Notes: a model not told the origin generated them from the sequence alone. Counted from the first letter of the stretch, positions 1 through 9,302 are shown. The stretch is DNA of 64,000 nt from Candidatus Sulfotelmatobacter sp. (GCA_030041215.1 JASHOH010000122.1:7429-71428), one strand, 5' to 3'. Made by a program: numbers and translations.

Positions 1-1749
1 CTCAAGATGACCCACACGCGTTTTCTGCCGGCGGCTTCCTGGCGGTTTAAGATCGCACCTACGCAATACGATGAAAACGAGCACATGCTGCGAGGAATCG
101 TTCACGACCCCACGGCCCGCCGCATGGGCGGCATCGCCGGACATGCCGGCTTATTTTCCACCGCCGACGATCTGGCGAAATTCGCGCAAGCCTTGCTGGA
201 TGGCGGTGATGGAATTTTGTCGTCACTTTCAGTCGAAAAGATGACCACGCCCCAGCAGCCTCCACAGGCGCCCGTGCTGCGCGGATTCGGATGGGACATC
301 GATTCTCCGTATTCCACCAATCGCGGCGATCTGCTGCCCATCGGAAGCTACGGGCATACCGGCTTTACCGGCACATCGGTATGGATCGATCCCACCACAA
401 GGTCGTACATCATTCTGCTCACCAACGCGGTGCATCCACGCGGAAACGGAAGTGCGATCGCGCTGCGTTCGAAAGTTGCGACCGCGGTTGCCGCTGCTCT
501 GCCGCTGACCTCGGCCGAAAAAGAAGCGCTGCGAGCTGAAAGCATCACCGGGTATAACGAGACAATGAGCGCGGCCCGCCGCATAAGCGCGCGCAATGGC
601 GCCGTGAAAAACGGCATTGACATTCTGGAAGCCCACGGCTTCGATGTGCTGCAAATCGCGGGAGGAAAAAAGAAGATTGGGCTGGTGACGAACCAGACAG
701 GACTCGACGCTGACGGTCGCCGCACGATCGACGTTTTAGCCCATGCCCCGGGAGTTTCGCTGGAAGCGATTTTCAGTCCTGAGCACGGTGTCGCCGGAAT
801 GCTCGACACCACGCAAATCGGCGACACGACCGACGCCGCGAGCGGCGTGCGAGTCTACAGCGTTTATGGCGCCTCCGACGCGGCCCGCCGTCCTCAGCTT
901 GAAGTGCTGAAAAATCTTGACACCATCGTCTTCGATATCCAGGATGCCGGCGTTCGCTTCTATACCTACGAAACCACGCTGGGATATTTTCTGGAAGCCG
1001 CTGCGCAGGCCGGCATCGAGATGATCGTCCTCGACCGGCCGAATCCGATCACGGGATCATTTGTGCAAGGCCCCATGTCCGATCCCGGTCATGAGAGCTT
1101 CACGAACTATTGGACATTTCCCGTGCGCCACGGCATGACCATGGGCGAACTGGCAAAAATGTTTAACTCCGAACGCAATATCAACGCCAAGCTGACCGTC
1201 GTGCCGATGGAAGGCTGGGAGCGCGGCGACTGGTTTGATTCGACCGGGCTGGAATGGGTGAATCCTTCGCCGAATCTGCGTAGCGTGACCGAGGCAGGGC
1301 TGTATCCAGGAGTAGCGCTGATCGAGGGCACGAATGTTTCGGTCGGTCGCGGCACGGACACGCCCTTCGAACTGGTCGGCGCGCCGTGGATCAAGAGCAG
1401 GGAACTGGCGGCTTACCTGAACGCACGCGAAATCGCGGGTGTGAGATTCGTTGCCATATCCTTTACGCCAAGCTCATCGCCTTACAGCGGACAACTATGC
1501 CAGGGCGTGAACATCATACTCACCGATCGCAACGCCCTTGATGCGCCCGAGCTTGGCATTGAGCTGGCAGCGGCGCTGGGCAAACTGTATCCAGCAGATT
1601 ACAAAATCGACCGCATGGTGGAGTTGCTGGTGAATCACGCAGCGTTCGATGCGCTGCTCGCGGGGGTTGATCCGCAGCGTATCGTGCAGGATTGGCAGGA
1701 GGGGCTGGACAAGTTTGAGGTCACCAGAAAAAAGTATTTGATCTATTAG
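1..1749 (+). CDS. Serine hydrolase (beta-lactamase fold, C-terminal part) fused to a DUF1343/NamZ-like exo-muramidase domain; 5' end cut by window edge
   Basis: The frame is open back to position 1. The N-part has serine-hydrolase C-terminal motifs (GHAGLFSTADDL, YGHTGFTGTSVWIDP). Residues ~200-580 show the DUF1343 pattern (IGLVTNQTGLD, FSPEHG, VFDIQDAGVRFYTY, LDRPNP, VRHGMTMGELA). Confidence 0.7.
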   Translation, partial: LKMTHTRFLPAASWRFKIAPTQYDENEHMLRGIVHDPTARRMGGIAGHAGLFSTADDLAKFAQALLDGGDGILSSLSVEKMTTPQQPPQAPVLRGFGWDIDSPYSTNRGDLLPIGSYGHTGFTGTSVWIDPTTRSYIILLTNAVHPRGNGSAIALRSKVATAVAAALPLTSAEKEALRAESITGYNETMSAARRISARNGAVKNGIDILEAHGFDVLQIAGGKKKIGLVTNQTGLDADGRRTIDVLAHAPGVSLEAIFSPEHGVAGMLDTTQIGDTTDAASGVRVYSVYGASDAARRPQLEVLKNLDTIVFDIQDAGVRFYTYETTLGYFLEAAAQAGIEMIVLDRPNPITGSFVQGPMSDPGHESFTNYWTFPVRHGMTMGELAKMFNSERNINAKLTVVPMEGWERGDWFDSTGLEWVNPSPNLRSVTEAGLYPGVALIEGTNVSVGRGTDTPFELVGAPWIKSRELAAYLNAREIAGVRFVAISFTPSSSPYSGQLCQGVNIILTDRNALDAPELGIELAAALGKLYPADYKIDRMVELLVNHAAFDALLAGVDPQRIVQDWQEGLDKFEVTRKKYLIY

Positions 1750-1986
1750 CGCCGCGGCGCTCCAGCTTTCCATGGTGTCTCAGACCACCCTGAGAGCAAA
1801 CGGCACCAACTCTAAACTCGGCTCCCGATGCCCTTCGAGAGCGATGTAAAATGCCCTAACATGTCACATCAATTTTTTCCCACGGCACACCGAGACTCCT
1901 GCACTTTTTCAAAACAGATCATCTTGCTCTTTTTCACAGCAGTTTGTTTTCTCTGCGTATTTTCAATCCCCAGCAAGGGAGGCGTT

Positions 1987-2448
1987 ATGTCTTTCCAAAT
2001 TTCATCCTCCGCTTTCTCCGAAGGCGGCACAATTGCCAAGAAGTTCACCTGCGACGGCCCTGACGTCTCTCCAGCACTAACTTGGAAGGACGCTCCTGCC
2101 AGCGCGCAGGCTTTTGCCCTCATCATGGACGATCCCGACGCGCCCGTGGGCACGTGGGTGCATTGGGTCTTATACAATCTGCCGGCAAGCACAAAGGAAC
2201 TGCCGGAAGGAGTCGAGAAAACCGAGCAGCTCCCAAACGGCGCCCTGCAAGGCCGCAACGACTTCCGCAAGATCGGCTACGGAGGCCCTTGCCCTCCTGC
2301 CGGCAAACCACACCGGTACTATTTCAAGCTCTACGCGCTCGATCGCAAGCTCGATTTGAAGACCGGGGCCACAAAAGCCGAGGTCGAAGCGGCAATGAAA
2401 GGCCACATTCTGGGCCAAACACAGATCATGGGCCGATATGGCCGGTGA
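1987..2448 (+). CDS. PEBP / YbhB-YbcL family (Raf kinase inhibitor-like) protein
   Basis: SD AAGGGAGG lies just upstream of ATG 1987. PEBP signature DDPDAP, WVHWV, GYGGPCPPAGKPHRYYFKLYALD. The longer ORF from 1828 crosses AT-rich, non-coding-looking DNA. Confidence 0.8.
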   Translation: MSFQISSSAFSEGGTIAKKFTCDGPDVSPALTWKDAPASAQAFALIMDDPDAPVGTWVHWVLYNLPASTKELPEGVEKTEQLPNGALQGRNDFRKIGYGGPCPPAGKPHRYYFKLYALDRKLDLKTGATKAEVEAAMKGHILGQTQIMGRYGR

Positions 2449-2538
2449 GGTGAGGTAACTCCGTCCAAAAGGCCCGCATCCTAGCCGCTAAGCCGTGATA
2501 ATCTCACGGTAAGTAGCGTTTCCCTCCGGAGGGCGTTC

Positions 2539-3351
2539 ATGCACGGATTATTAACAGTTCTGTTGGTTTCAGGAATGGCGTTAGGTCAGGCTTCCGAGGC
2601 GCCGAAGCCATCGGATCCCGCCCAGAATCCTTCTTCGAGTTCTGAACCCGCGCCTGCGCAGCAGGCGCCCACGACTGACTCATCCCCAAATCCTGAAACT
2701 ACTTCCGCTTCGCCAACTCAGGCTCCCACGCCTGCCGCCGCTCCCAACACAATCATCATTCCTGAGGGAACAAAAATTCCGCTTTCTCTGGCGCAGGCCA
2801 TTTCCACCAAGAACGCTCGCGAAGGCGATGCAGTTTACGCAACTACGGCTTTCCCATTCGTCATGGATAATCGCATCGTCATCCCCGCTGGCTCTTATGT
2901 TCAGGGAACTATCTCTCATGTCGAGCGCGCCAGTCATGGCCATGGCCGCGCCGAAATCCTCATACACTTCACCACCATCATTTTTCCCAGCGGCTACACC
3001 GTAATGCTGCCCGGATCGATTCAGAACACACCCGGCGCAGACGATAAATCGGTGAAAGATAAAGAAGGAACGATTCAGCAGGACAAAGACACGGGAAGGA
3101 AAGTCGAAGATGCCGCCAGGAACGGCGTCTATGGAACCATGGGCGGCGCCACCGCCGGAGGATTGGCTACGGGCAGCCTGAACGGCGCGCGAGTCGGCGC
3201 TGGTGCTGGCGCCGCTGCTGGTATTGCCTGGGCGCTGCTGAAACGCGGCCCGGACGTAAAGCTGGACGCAGGGACCTCAATCGAGATGGAAATTCAGCGA
3301 CCCATCCCGATCGATGCCAGCCGCATCACGGTAGCCAAAGCAGGGTCTTAA
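2539..3351 (+). CDS. Secreted hypothetical protein with a Pro/Ser/Thr/Ala-rich linker and Gly/Ala-rich segment (weak TrbI/VirB10-like beta-domain resemblance, unverified)
   Basis: Signal-peptide-like N-terminus MHGLLTVLLVSGMALGQASEA, then a low-complexity PSSSSEPAPAQQAPTTDSSPNPETTSASPTQAPTPAAAP linker, then a beta-rich domain (IIIPEGTKIPLSLAQAIS, VIPAGSYVQGTI). SD GGAGGG upstream. Confidence 0.55.
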   Translation: MHGLLTVLLVSGMALGQASEAPKPSDPAQNPSSSSEPAPAQQAPTTDSSPNPETTSASPTQAPTPAAAPNTIIIPEGTKIPLSLAQAISTKNAREGDAVYATTAFPFVMDNRIVIPAGSYVQGTISHVERASHGHGRAEILIHFTTIIFPSGYTVMLPGSIQNTPGADDKSVKDKEGTIQQDKDTGRKVEDAARNGVYGTMGGATAGGLATGSLNGARVGAGAGAAAGIAWALLKRGPDVKLDAGTSIEMEIQRPIPIDASRITVAKAGS

Positions 3352-3389
3352 GATTGTGTGGCGCGGGTACTCCTGCCCGCGAATCAGAA

Positions 3390-3420
3390 CATGTAGGGAC
3401 AGCTGCCCCCGGCTGTCCGG
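3390..3420 (+). repeat. Intergenic repeat family A copy 1 (CATGTAGGGACAGCTGCCCC) with hairpin GGACAGC/GCTGTCC
   Basis: Lies between convergent genes. 19/20 identical to the reverse complement of 28490-28509. Confidence 0.7.
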
Positions 3421-3474
3421 CGGCGCCTGTTTGTTACGCCGCAGAGCCCGCGAAGACACACCTGACCGCGCCCC

Positions 3475-4194
3475 TTACTTCAGCATAAACACGGCATTCA
3501 CGTGCGCTGTCACAGTCACGTTCTGAGGTGTGAATTCTTCGGTGGGTGCGGGTGCGGCAGGCGCTGCGGCCGCTCTCATTGCAAAGTGGGGAACCGGCGG
3601 CCGCACGTTTTCAAACGTGTCGACTGAAGCGTATGAAAGTTCTCCCACGCTGCGGCCGCTAGCTCGAGCGAGAGCCTCCGCCGAGTTGTGCGCCCGCCGA
3701 TAAGCGTCTTCGACAGCTTTGTTCTTGGCCTCGTCGATGTTTTCCAAAGTGTAGTTCAGGGTTTGACTTTCGCTGACGTCGGCCTCAGCGAGTTGCTCAG
3801 TGATAGGACCAACTTTCGAAAAATCTTTCAGCTTGAGGATGACATTCGTAGTCACTCGATAGCCGATCAGTTTCTGCTTGCCATTGTTCCACTGATACGC
3901 GGGCTGCACGGCGAAGAATCCGATGCTGGCCATCTTCGGATCGATGCCATTGTTGCGCAACGCCTGCCTTACCTGTTCAACATCTCTTGAGGCATGTTCG
4001 TAGGCTTTCTGCGGTGTGTCCTCTTGCACGGAGACGTTGAATTGGATAACGGCCGTATCGGGAGCAGCTTCAAACTTGCCGTCAGCGCCGACATAAACAG
4101 AGTTCGGTTGCGCCGTCACCGTGGGATGCTCCTGCGCAAACAAGGTGGTCACGATGAAGAAAAGTGTGACGAAACAGAGGAACGGTTTCATCAT
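3475..4194 (-). CDS. SIMPL domain (DUF541) periplasmic protein
   Basis: N-terminal signal peptide. The layout is typical of SIMPL/26-kDa periplasmic immunogenic proteins (IGYRVTTNVILKLKDFSKVG, NIDEAKNKAVEDAYRRAHNSAEALA). Confidence 0.8.
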   Translation of the reverse strand: MMKPFLCFVTLFFIVTTLFAQEHPTVTAQPNSVYVGADGKFEAAPDTAVIQFNVSVQEDTPQKAYEHASRDVEQVRQALRNNGIDPKMASIGFFAVQPAYQWNNGKQKLIGYRVTTNVILKLKDFSKVGPITEQLAEADVSESQTLNYTLENIDEAKNKAVEDAYRRAHNSAEALARASGRSVGELSYASVDTFENVRPPVPHFAMRAAAAPAAPAPTEEFTPQNVTVTAHVNAVFMLK

Positions 4195-4230
4195 TGCCTC
4201 CCATCTCCAATTCTATGTGCGGATAGGAAC

Positions 4231-4323
4231 TCTACTAGAAGCGGTCTCATAAATGGGGTGCAGGCTTGCTAAAGCCTTGGGTTTTAGTAGTTCAGAACCA
4301 TTTATGAGACCGCTTCTAATAGA
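4231..4323. repeat. Long inverted repeat (about 25-bp stem, one mismatch, ~41-nt loop with an inner AGGCTT/AAGCCT hairpin)
   Basis: Arms TCTACTAGAAGCGGTCTCATAAATGG (4231-4256) and CCATTTATGAGACCGCTTCTAATAGA (4298-4323), between the RpfG-like gene stop and the SIMPL gene start. Confidence 0.85.
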
Positions 4324-4375
4324 ACAGATGATTCAAGCGAGATTGCGGCAGTACGGAACCGGCCGAGAGCAAGCG

Positions 4376-5467
4376 TCAATTCGCCTTGGCGCTCGCCGAA
4401 TAATAGAACGGATAGCTCTGCGCGTTGATTTCACGACGCAGTTGTTCAAAAACGTCATCCGGCATCTTCAGAAACACCTCCACGACCTCGGGATCAAACT
4501 GTCGCCCGCTCCATACAACGATTTCCTTGCGAGCCTCGGCGAGAGTTCTCGCCGGCCGATAGGGACGGTCGGAAATGATGGCGTCTAGCGTATCAGCAAC
4601 CGCGAAAATCCGTGCCCCCAGCGGAATTTCCGATCCTTTGATCCCGCGAGGATAACCCGAGCCATCGTAATGCTCCTGGTGTGAGTAAACGATGTCGCAG
4701 GCCTCCGCCAGAAACGGAATTTTCTTGAGCATCTGATAGCCGTGATAGCAGTGCTCGCGCATGATGACGCGCTCTTCTTCATTGAGTTTGCCCGGTTTGC
4801 GCAGAATACTGTCGGGAATTGCCATTTTCCCGATATCGTGCAGAAACGCTCCCCGCGCAATAACGAGAATCTGCTCGCGCGGCACGCCCATGGCGCGCGC
4901 AATCGCGATGGTGAATGCCGTCACACGCCGCGAATGTCCTTCAGTTTCTGCGTCTTTTAAGTCGAGGGCGTCGCCCAAAGCCTGCAAGGTTATGTCATAC
5001 GAGCGCTCCAGGTCCGACATGGCGACCTGCAACTGGTTGGTGCGGGCTTCGACTAGAGACTCCAGGTTGGTCTGATAAATCCGGTTCTCCAGCTTCAGCC
5101 GGCGATTCTCCAGCGCGCGACCGACCGCGTTCAGCAACTGTTCCCGTTCAAAAGGTTTCAGCAGATAGTCGTAAGCGCCATTGCGGATGGCGGCGAGAGC
5201 CACTGATATATCGTGTACGGCAGTAACCATCACCACCGGCATGTCGGGGAACCTTTCTTTAGTACGTTCCAGCAAGCCAATGCCATCGAGGTCGGCCATC
5301 ATCAGGTCTGAAAGCATCAGTTCGAACTGCTCGCCCGAGTTGAGCAGAGCGAGCGCCTCCATCCCTGAGCTAGCCTGCTTCCAGGAATAACCGGCAGCCG
5401 AAAGGATGGCGCACACGATCTCACGAATAGCTTCTTCGTCGTCAACTACAAGGATGCGCTCGGGCAT
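4376..5467 (-). CDS. Response regulator with HD-GYP domain (RpfG-type c-di-GMP phosphodiesterase)
   Basis: Receiver domain (ILVVDDEE, LMLSDLMMADLDG, LLKPF) followed by HD-GYP motifs HDIGK and HQEHYDGSGYPRG. Confidence 0.9.
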   Translation of the reverse strand: MPERILVVDDEEAIREIVCAILSAAGYSWKQASSGMEALALLNSGEQFELMLSDLMMADLDGIGLLERTKERFPDMPVVMVTAVHDISVALAAIRNGAYDYLLKPFEREQLLNAVGRALENRRLKLENRIYQTNLESLVEARTNQLQVAMSDLERSYDITLQALGDALDLKDAETEGHSRRVTAFTIAIARAMGVPREQILVIARGAFLHDIGKMAIPDSILRKPGKLNEEERVIMREHCYHGYQMLKKIPFLAEACDIVYSHQEHYDGSGYPRGIKGSEIPLGARIFAVADTLDAIISDRPYRPARTLAEARKEIVVWSGRQFDPEVVEVFLKMPDDVFEQLRREINAQSYPFYYSASAKAN

Positions 5468-5667
5468 GGGTGGCGCCGGCTCCGGCCGGCAGAGCTGTGC
5501 TTGTCAGTATACTCTCGACAAATTTACCCTCCCTCAACAGGTATCGAAAGTAACCATCCAGGTCCGGAAAACGCATGAATAAAGGGCTTGCACGTGATAT
5601 TCAGAAAGCAGGCATTGTTACGTTTGGCGAAGTGTGTGGTCCGCCTGAAGCGAAGGCCTGAATAACG

Positions 5668-8600
5668 ATGAACGTTTCTCTCTGGTCCATTTGGAGTGCC
5701 GTGCAGCCCGCCCTTGCCGGGTTGAAGCCGGGAGAGTGGGCGCTCGTCGTCGTGCTGGCCGCGTTGCTCGTTATCTGCGGCACGCTGCGCGAGCGCTATC
5801 TGCTCATATGGACTGCGGGCTGGAGCTTTCTCACGAGCGCGAGGCTGGTGGGACTGCATGGCATCGCCATGCGGATCCCAGAACGCGATGTTCCCGCCGT
5901 GGAGCAGACCGCCTTCGTGATTGCTCTGGGGCTGTTCGCCGGCGGAATTCTGGTCTATGTGCAATCACGCAATCTTCTGGTGCCGCTGAGTGCGATCTCA
6001 GCCACTGTAGCTCTCTTTGCTGTGGCGCGCGCTTTGTTGTGGCCGGATGTGCTGGTTTTGCGGGTCGCGCTGGAGTTTTCTTGTCTGCTCATTCAGATTC
6101 TTGCGGCCATTGCATTGTTGCGAGCGCGCCGGGGCCGCCGTGAGCCGGCAGCGTGGTTGTTCGCATTGTGTCTGCTGGCTCAGCATCTGAGCTGGCCCAT
6201 CTACGTAACTCAGGTTCCCGCCATCAGTTTTGTTGCCGTTGACGTACTGACCGGATTGAGCATGCTGCTGATCGTTTTCAGCGATGCCCGTGCCCGCGGC
6301 GAACGAGTCAAGGCCCTGCAGGCTCTGACTGAGAGCATCGTGCTGGCGCAACAGCAGGGCGGCATGATGGAAAGCGCATTGCGCGAACTGCAGCGCGTTA
6401 CCCGCAGCCGGGCTGCATGGTTTCGCCTGATCGAGGCGGGAAATCTGGTAGCGACCCACGCCGTAGGTGTTTCTCGGGATTTCCTGCGCGAAGCTGGATT
6501 TGCCGAATTGAGCGAGCGAGTCTCGCAGATCTTCGAACGCGGCAAACCGGTGGTGGCGCACCGCGCGGCGGCCACTCTGGAAGATGCCGCTCTGCTGAAG
6601 CAGGAGAAATTACAATACGTCATGATCCTGCCGGTGCTCGGCAAAAAGTCGTCCATCGGGCTGATCATTCTGGGCAGCGGGCGCGAGCGCAAGCTCACCG
6701 ACGAAGAATTGGAGTTTCTTGAGACCTGCGCGCGCCAGTTGGGAATCGCCATCGAGAACTTCCGCTTGCTGGAGCAAACCCTTCGCTCCCAGCGTCAGTG
6801 GCGCAATACCTTCGATTCGGTGCACGACATCATTTTGGCGCACGACGCCGAGTTCCGCATTATCAAAGCCAATCAGGTTCTGCTTGAGCAACTGCAAATG
6901 GCGGCCGCTGATGTCATCGGCAGCACCTGCGAATCAGTGCTGCCGCACAACTTCGGCGAGTGGACTGGGTGTCCCTATTGCGCCCGCGGCGGCGAAGAAA
7001 TCACCGAGGGTCCCGATCTCTGCTTTGGCGGCTTCTCTACAGTTTCGACCTCTTCTTACTCCGAGCATGGCAGCAAGCAGAAGGGAACAATTCACATTGT
7101 CCGCGACATTACTGAACGGCGCTCGGCCGAGGAAAAATACAGGCTACTGTTCGAGCAGGTGCAGGAGGGCGTCTATGTAGCCATGCCCACCGGCCAGTTG
7201 CTCGACTGCAATGATGCGTTCGTCCATATGCTCGGCTACGGCAACCGTGAAGAGGTGCTGGCGCTCAATCTCGATGAGGAGATCCGCGTTGACGCCACGC
7301 AAAGAGAATCTTTCCGCAAGAGCATTGAACAGCAGAATTACGTCCGCAACTTCGAAGTCACCATGCGGCGCAAGAACGGCACGCTGTTGTTGGCATCCGA
7401 GAGCAGCTTCGCCACGCGCGATGCGGCGGGCAGGGTCGAGCGCTATCAGGGATTCGTGCTCGATGTAACCGAGAAGCGGCGTGCCGAAGACGAAATGCGG
7501 CGGCGCAACCGCGAACTGAATGCGCTGAACGCGATGGCGGTCGTGGCCACGCAATCGTTCGATCTCGACGAAATTCTGAACCTGACCCTGCGCCAGGTGG
7601 TTTCGCTGTTTGGTGCCGAAAGCGGCGCGATCTACCTTTCCGATTCCGACGCGCCTATCTTTCGTCGCCGCGCAGCATGGGGACCGCGCAGCCGCGACAA
7701 ATCACGTCCGGCGGAGGTCAACTTCGAGTCTAGCTTCGGCGATCTCGTCATGCGCTCCCGCGCCGAAGTGCTCACCGCGGAGTACATCCCCCATCTCAGC
7801 CCAGTCGTGGCCGATTTCATCCGCTCCGACAGCGATGGTTCGTGGATCTGGGTTTTGTTCTGGGGCAAGGACAGCCCCATCGGCATGATGGGATTGCGCA
7901 CCTACTCGGAATATCAATATTCAAGCGCCGAAGAAAGCCTGCTGGTCGCCATCAGCCGCCAACTGGCCACCACCATCGAAAAAGTCCGCCTGTACGAAGA
8001 AACCTGCAAGGCATACGAAGATTTGCGCCGCACCCAGGAACAACTTCTGCAAAGCGAAAAAATGTCGGCTGTGGGCCAGTTGATTGCCGGCGTCGCCCAC
8101 GAACTGAATAATCCGCTCACGGCGATTCTGGGATATGCGCAGTTGCTCGAAAGTGAGGGACTCAACGAGCGCGCTCTCGATTACGTGGGTAAGATGTTCA
8201 AGCAGGCGCAACGCACCCATCGCGTGGTGCAGAACCTGCTTTCGTTCGCGCGGCAACGAAAACCTGAGCGTTTGGAAGTCGACATCCGCAAGGTGATGGA
8301 AGAAACTCTGGCGTTGCGCGATTACGATTTAAAAGTCAACAATATCGCCGTGGAAAAAGATCTCTCCGCAGAGCCGGCGATGGTCGTCGCCGATGCCCAC
8401 CAGATCGAACAGGTCTTCCTCAACATCATCAATAACGCGGTCGACGCCATTCTTGAAACTGGCCGTGCGGGCAAGTTGAGGATTCGCGTCTATCGCGATC
8501 GCGGCGATGTCTGTGCGCAATTTGCCGATGATGGCCCGGGCATTAAAGATCCCAAGAGAATTTTCGATCCTTTTTACACCACAAAAAGTGTTGGTAAAGG

Positions 8601-9186
8601 AACAGGTTTGGGTTTAAGCATCTGCTACGGAATCGTTAAAGAGCATGGCGGCGACATCACAGCCCACAACGCGGCCGAAGGGGGAGCCGTAATCGAAGTG
8701 CGTCTGCCCACGGCAGCGGCCGCAGCTGCAGGGGTTGAGGAAACAACTCCAGTTCCGCCACGCAAACGCGAAGGAGCCATTGAGGGCCGTGTGCTGCTGG
8801 TGGATGAAGAAGAGGCCGTGCTTGATTTCGAACGCGATGTTCTCATCGGCGCGGGCGCTATTGTCGTCACCGCGACGCGCAGCGAAGATGTGAAGACACG
8901 ATTGCTGTCCGAGCCGTTCGACGCTGTTATCATGCACGGCAAAATGCCTGCCGACTGGAACGCCAAAGAAGCTTATCTCTGGATCAAACAGAACTGCTCA
9001 GATATGGAAAGCCACGTTTTGTTCACAATTTCGAATGGGGTGGAGCAGGGCGACGAGCGCGCCTTTCTTCAGGAAAACAACGTTCCCTATCTGGTCAAAC
9101 CCTTCGAAGTGGCCGAGCTAATCTCACAAGCCAGGCGCTTGTTGCAGAAACCCCAAGCTGCAGCCGCGTCGGCGGCATCAACCTAA
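5668..9186 (+). CDS. Multi-sensor hybrid-type histidine kinase (TM region, GAF, PAS, PAS, GAF, HisKA, HATPase, atypical receiver)
   Basis: Hydrophobic N-terminus. H-box GVAHELNNPL, N-box NIINNAVDA, G1 DDGPGI, G2 GKGTGLGLS. The C-terminal receiver-like domain (LLVDEEE ... LVKPF) has His at the expected phospho-Asp position (AVIMHGKMP). Confidence 0.85.
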   Translation: MNVSLWSIWSAVQPALAGLKPGEWALVVVLAALLVICGTLRERYLLIWTAGWSFLTSARLVGLHGIAMRIPERDVPAVEQTAFVIALGLFAGGILVYVQSRNLLVPLSAISATVALFAVARALLWPDVLVLRVALEFSCLLIQILAAIALLRARRGRREPAAWLFALCLLAQHLSWPIYVTQVPAISFVAVDVLTGLSMLLIVFSDARARGERVKALQALTESIVLAQQQGGMMESALRELQRVTRSRAAWFRLIEAGNLVATHAVGVSRDFLREAGFAELSERVSQIFERGKPVVAHRAAATLEDAALLKQEKLQYVMILPVLGKKSSIGLIILGSGRERKLTDEELEFLETCARQLGIAIENFRLLEQTLRSQRQWRNTFDSVHDIILAHDAEFRIIKANQVLLEQLQMAAADVIGSTCESVLPHNFGEWTGCPYCARGGEEITEGPDLCFGGFSTVSTSSYSEHGSKQKGTIHIVRDITERRSAEEKYRLLFEQVQEGVYVAMPTGQLLDCNDAFVHMLGYGNREEVLALNLDEEIRVDATQRESFRKSIEQQNYVRNFEVTMRRKNGTLLLASESSFATRDAAGRVERYQGFVLDVTEKRRAEDEMRRRNRELNALNAMAVVATQSFDLDEILNLTLRQVVSLFGAESGAIYLSDSDAPIFRRRAAWGPRSRDKSRPAEVNFESSFGDLVMRSRAEVLTAEYIPHLSPVVADFIRSDSDGSWIWVLFWGKDSPIGMMGLRTYSEYQYSSAEESLLVAISRQLATTIEKVRLYEETCKAYEDLRRTQEQLLQSEKMSAVGQLIAGVAHELNNPLTAILGYAQLLESEGLNERALDYVGKMFKQAQRTHRVVQNLLSFARQRKPERLEVDIRKVMEETLALRDYDLKVNNIAVEKDLSAEPAMVVADAHQIEQVFLNIINNAVDAILETGRAGKLRIRVYRDRGDVCAQFADDGPGIKDPKRIFDPFYTTKSVGKGTGLGLSICYGIVKEHGGDITAHNAAEGGAVIEVRLPTAAAAAAGVEETTPVPPRKREGAIEGRVLLVDEEEAVLDFERDVLIGAGAIVVTATRSEDVKTRLLSEPFDAVIMHGKMPADWNAKEAYLWIKQNCSDMESHVLFTISNGVEQGDERAFLQENNVPYLVKPFEVAELISQARRLLQKPQAAAASAAST

Positions 9187-9188
9187 GA

Positions 9189-9261
9189 CTGTCATTCCGA
9201 GCGAGCCGCGCGAACAGGCGCGTTGTCCTTTTGCGCCACTTAAATTGCGCGTTTGGCTCGC
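9189..9261 (+). repeat. Intergenic repeat family B, partial copy (TGTCATTCCGAGCGAGCC...)
   Basis: Starts with the GTCATTCCGAGCG motif shared with 17977-17989. Internal GCGAGCC/GGCTCGC pairing. Confidence 0.55.
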
Positions 9262-9302
9262 ATCCTTTACAACTGACACAGCCCATTTTCGAGCAAAGCC
9301 CC

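Noticed and set aside
1828-1986. N-terminal extension of the PEBP ORF with a hydrophobic stretch that could be read as a signal peptide.
   Set aside because: The DNA here is AT- and T-run-rich and looks non-coding. A strong SD (AAGGGAGG) precedes ATG 1987, which gives a normal-length YbhB-type protein.
2521-2535. CCCTCCGGAGGG palindrome overlapping the SD of the 2539 gene, as a possible SD-sequestering hairpin.
   Set aside because: The arms are directly adjacent. Once a minimal loop is allowed only a ~4-bp stem can form, which is too weak to argue for regulation.
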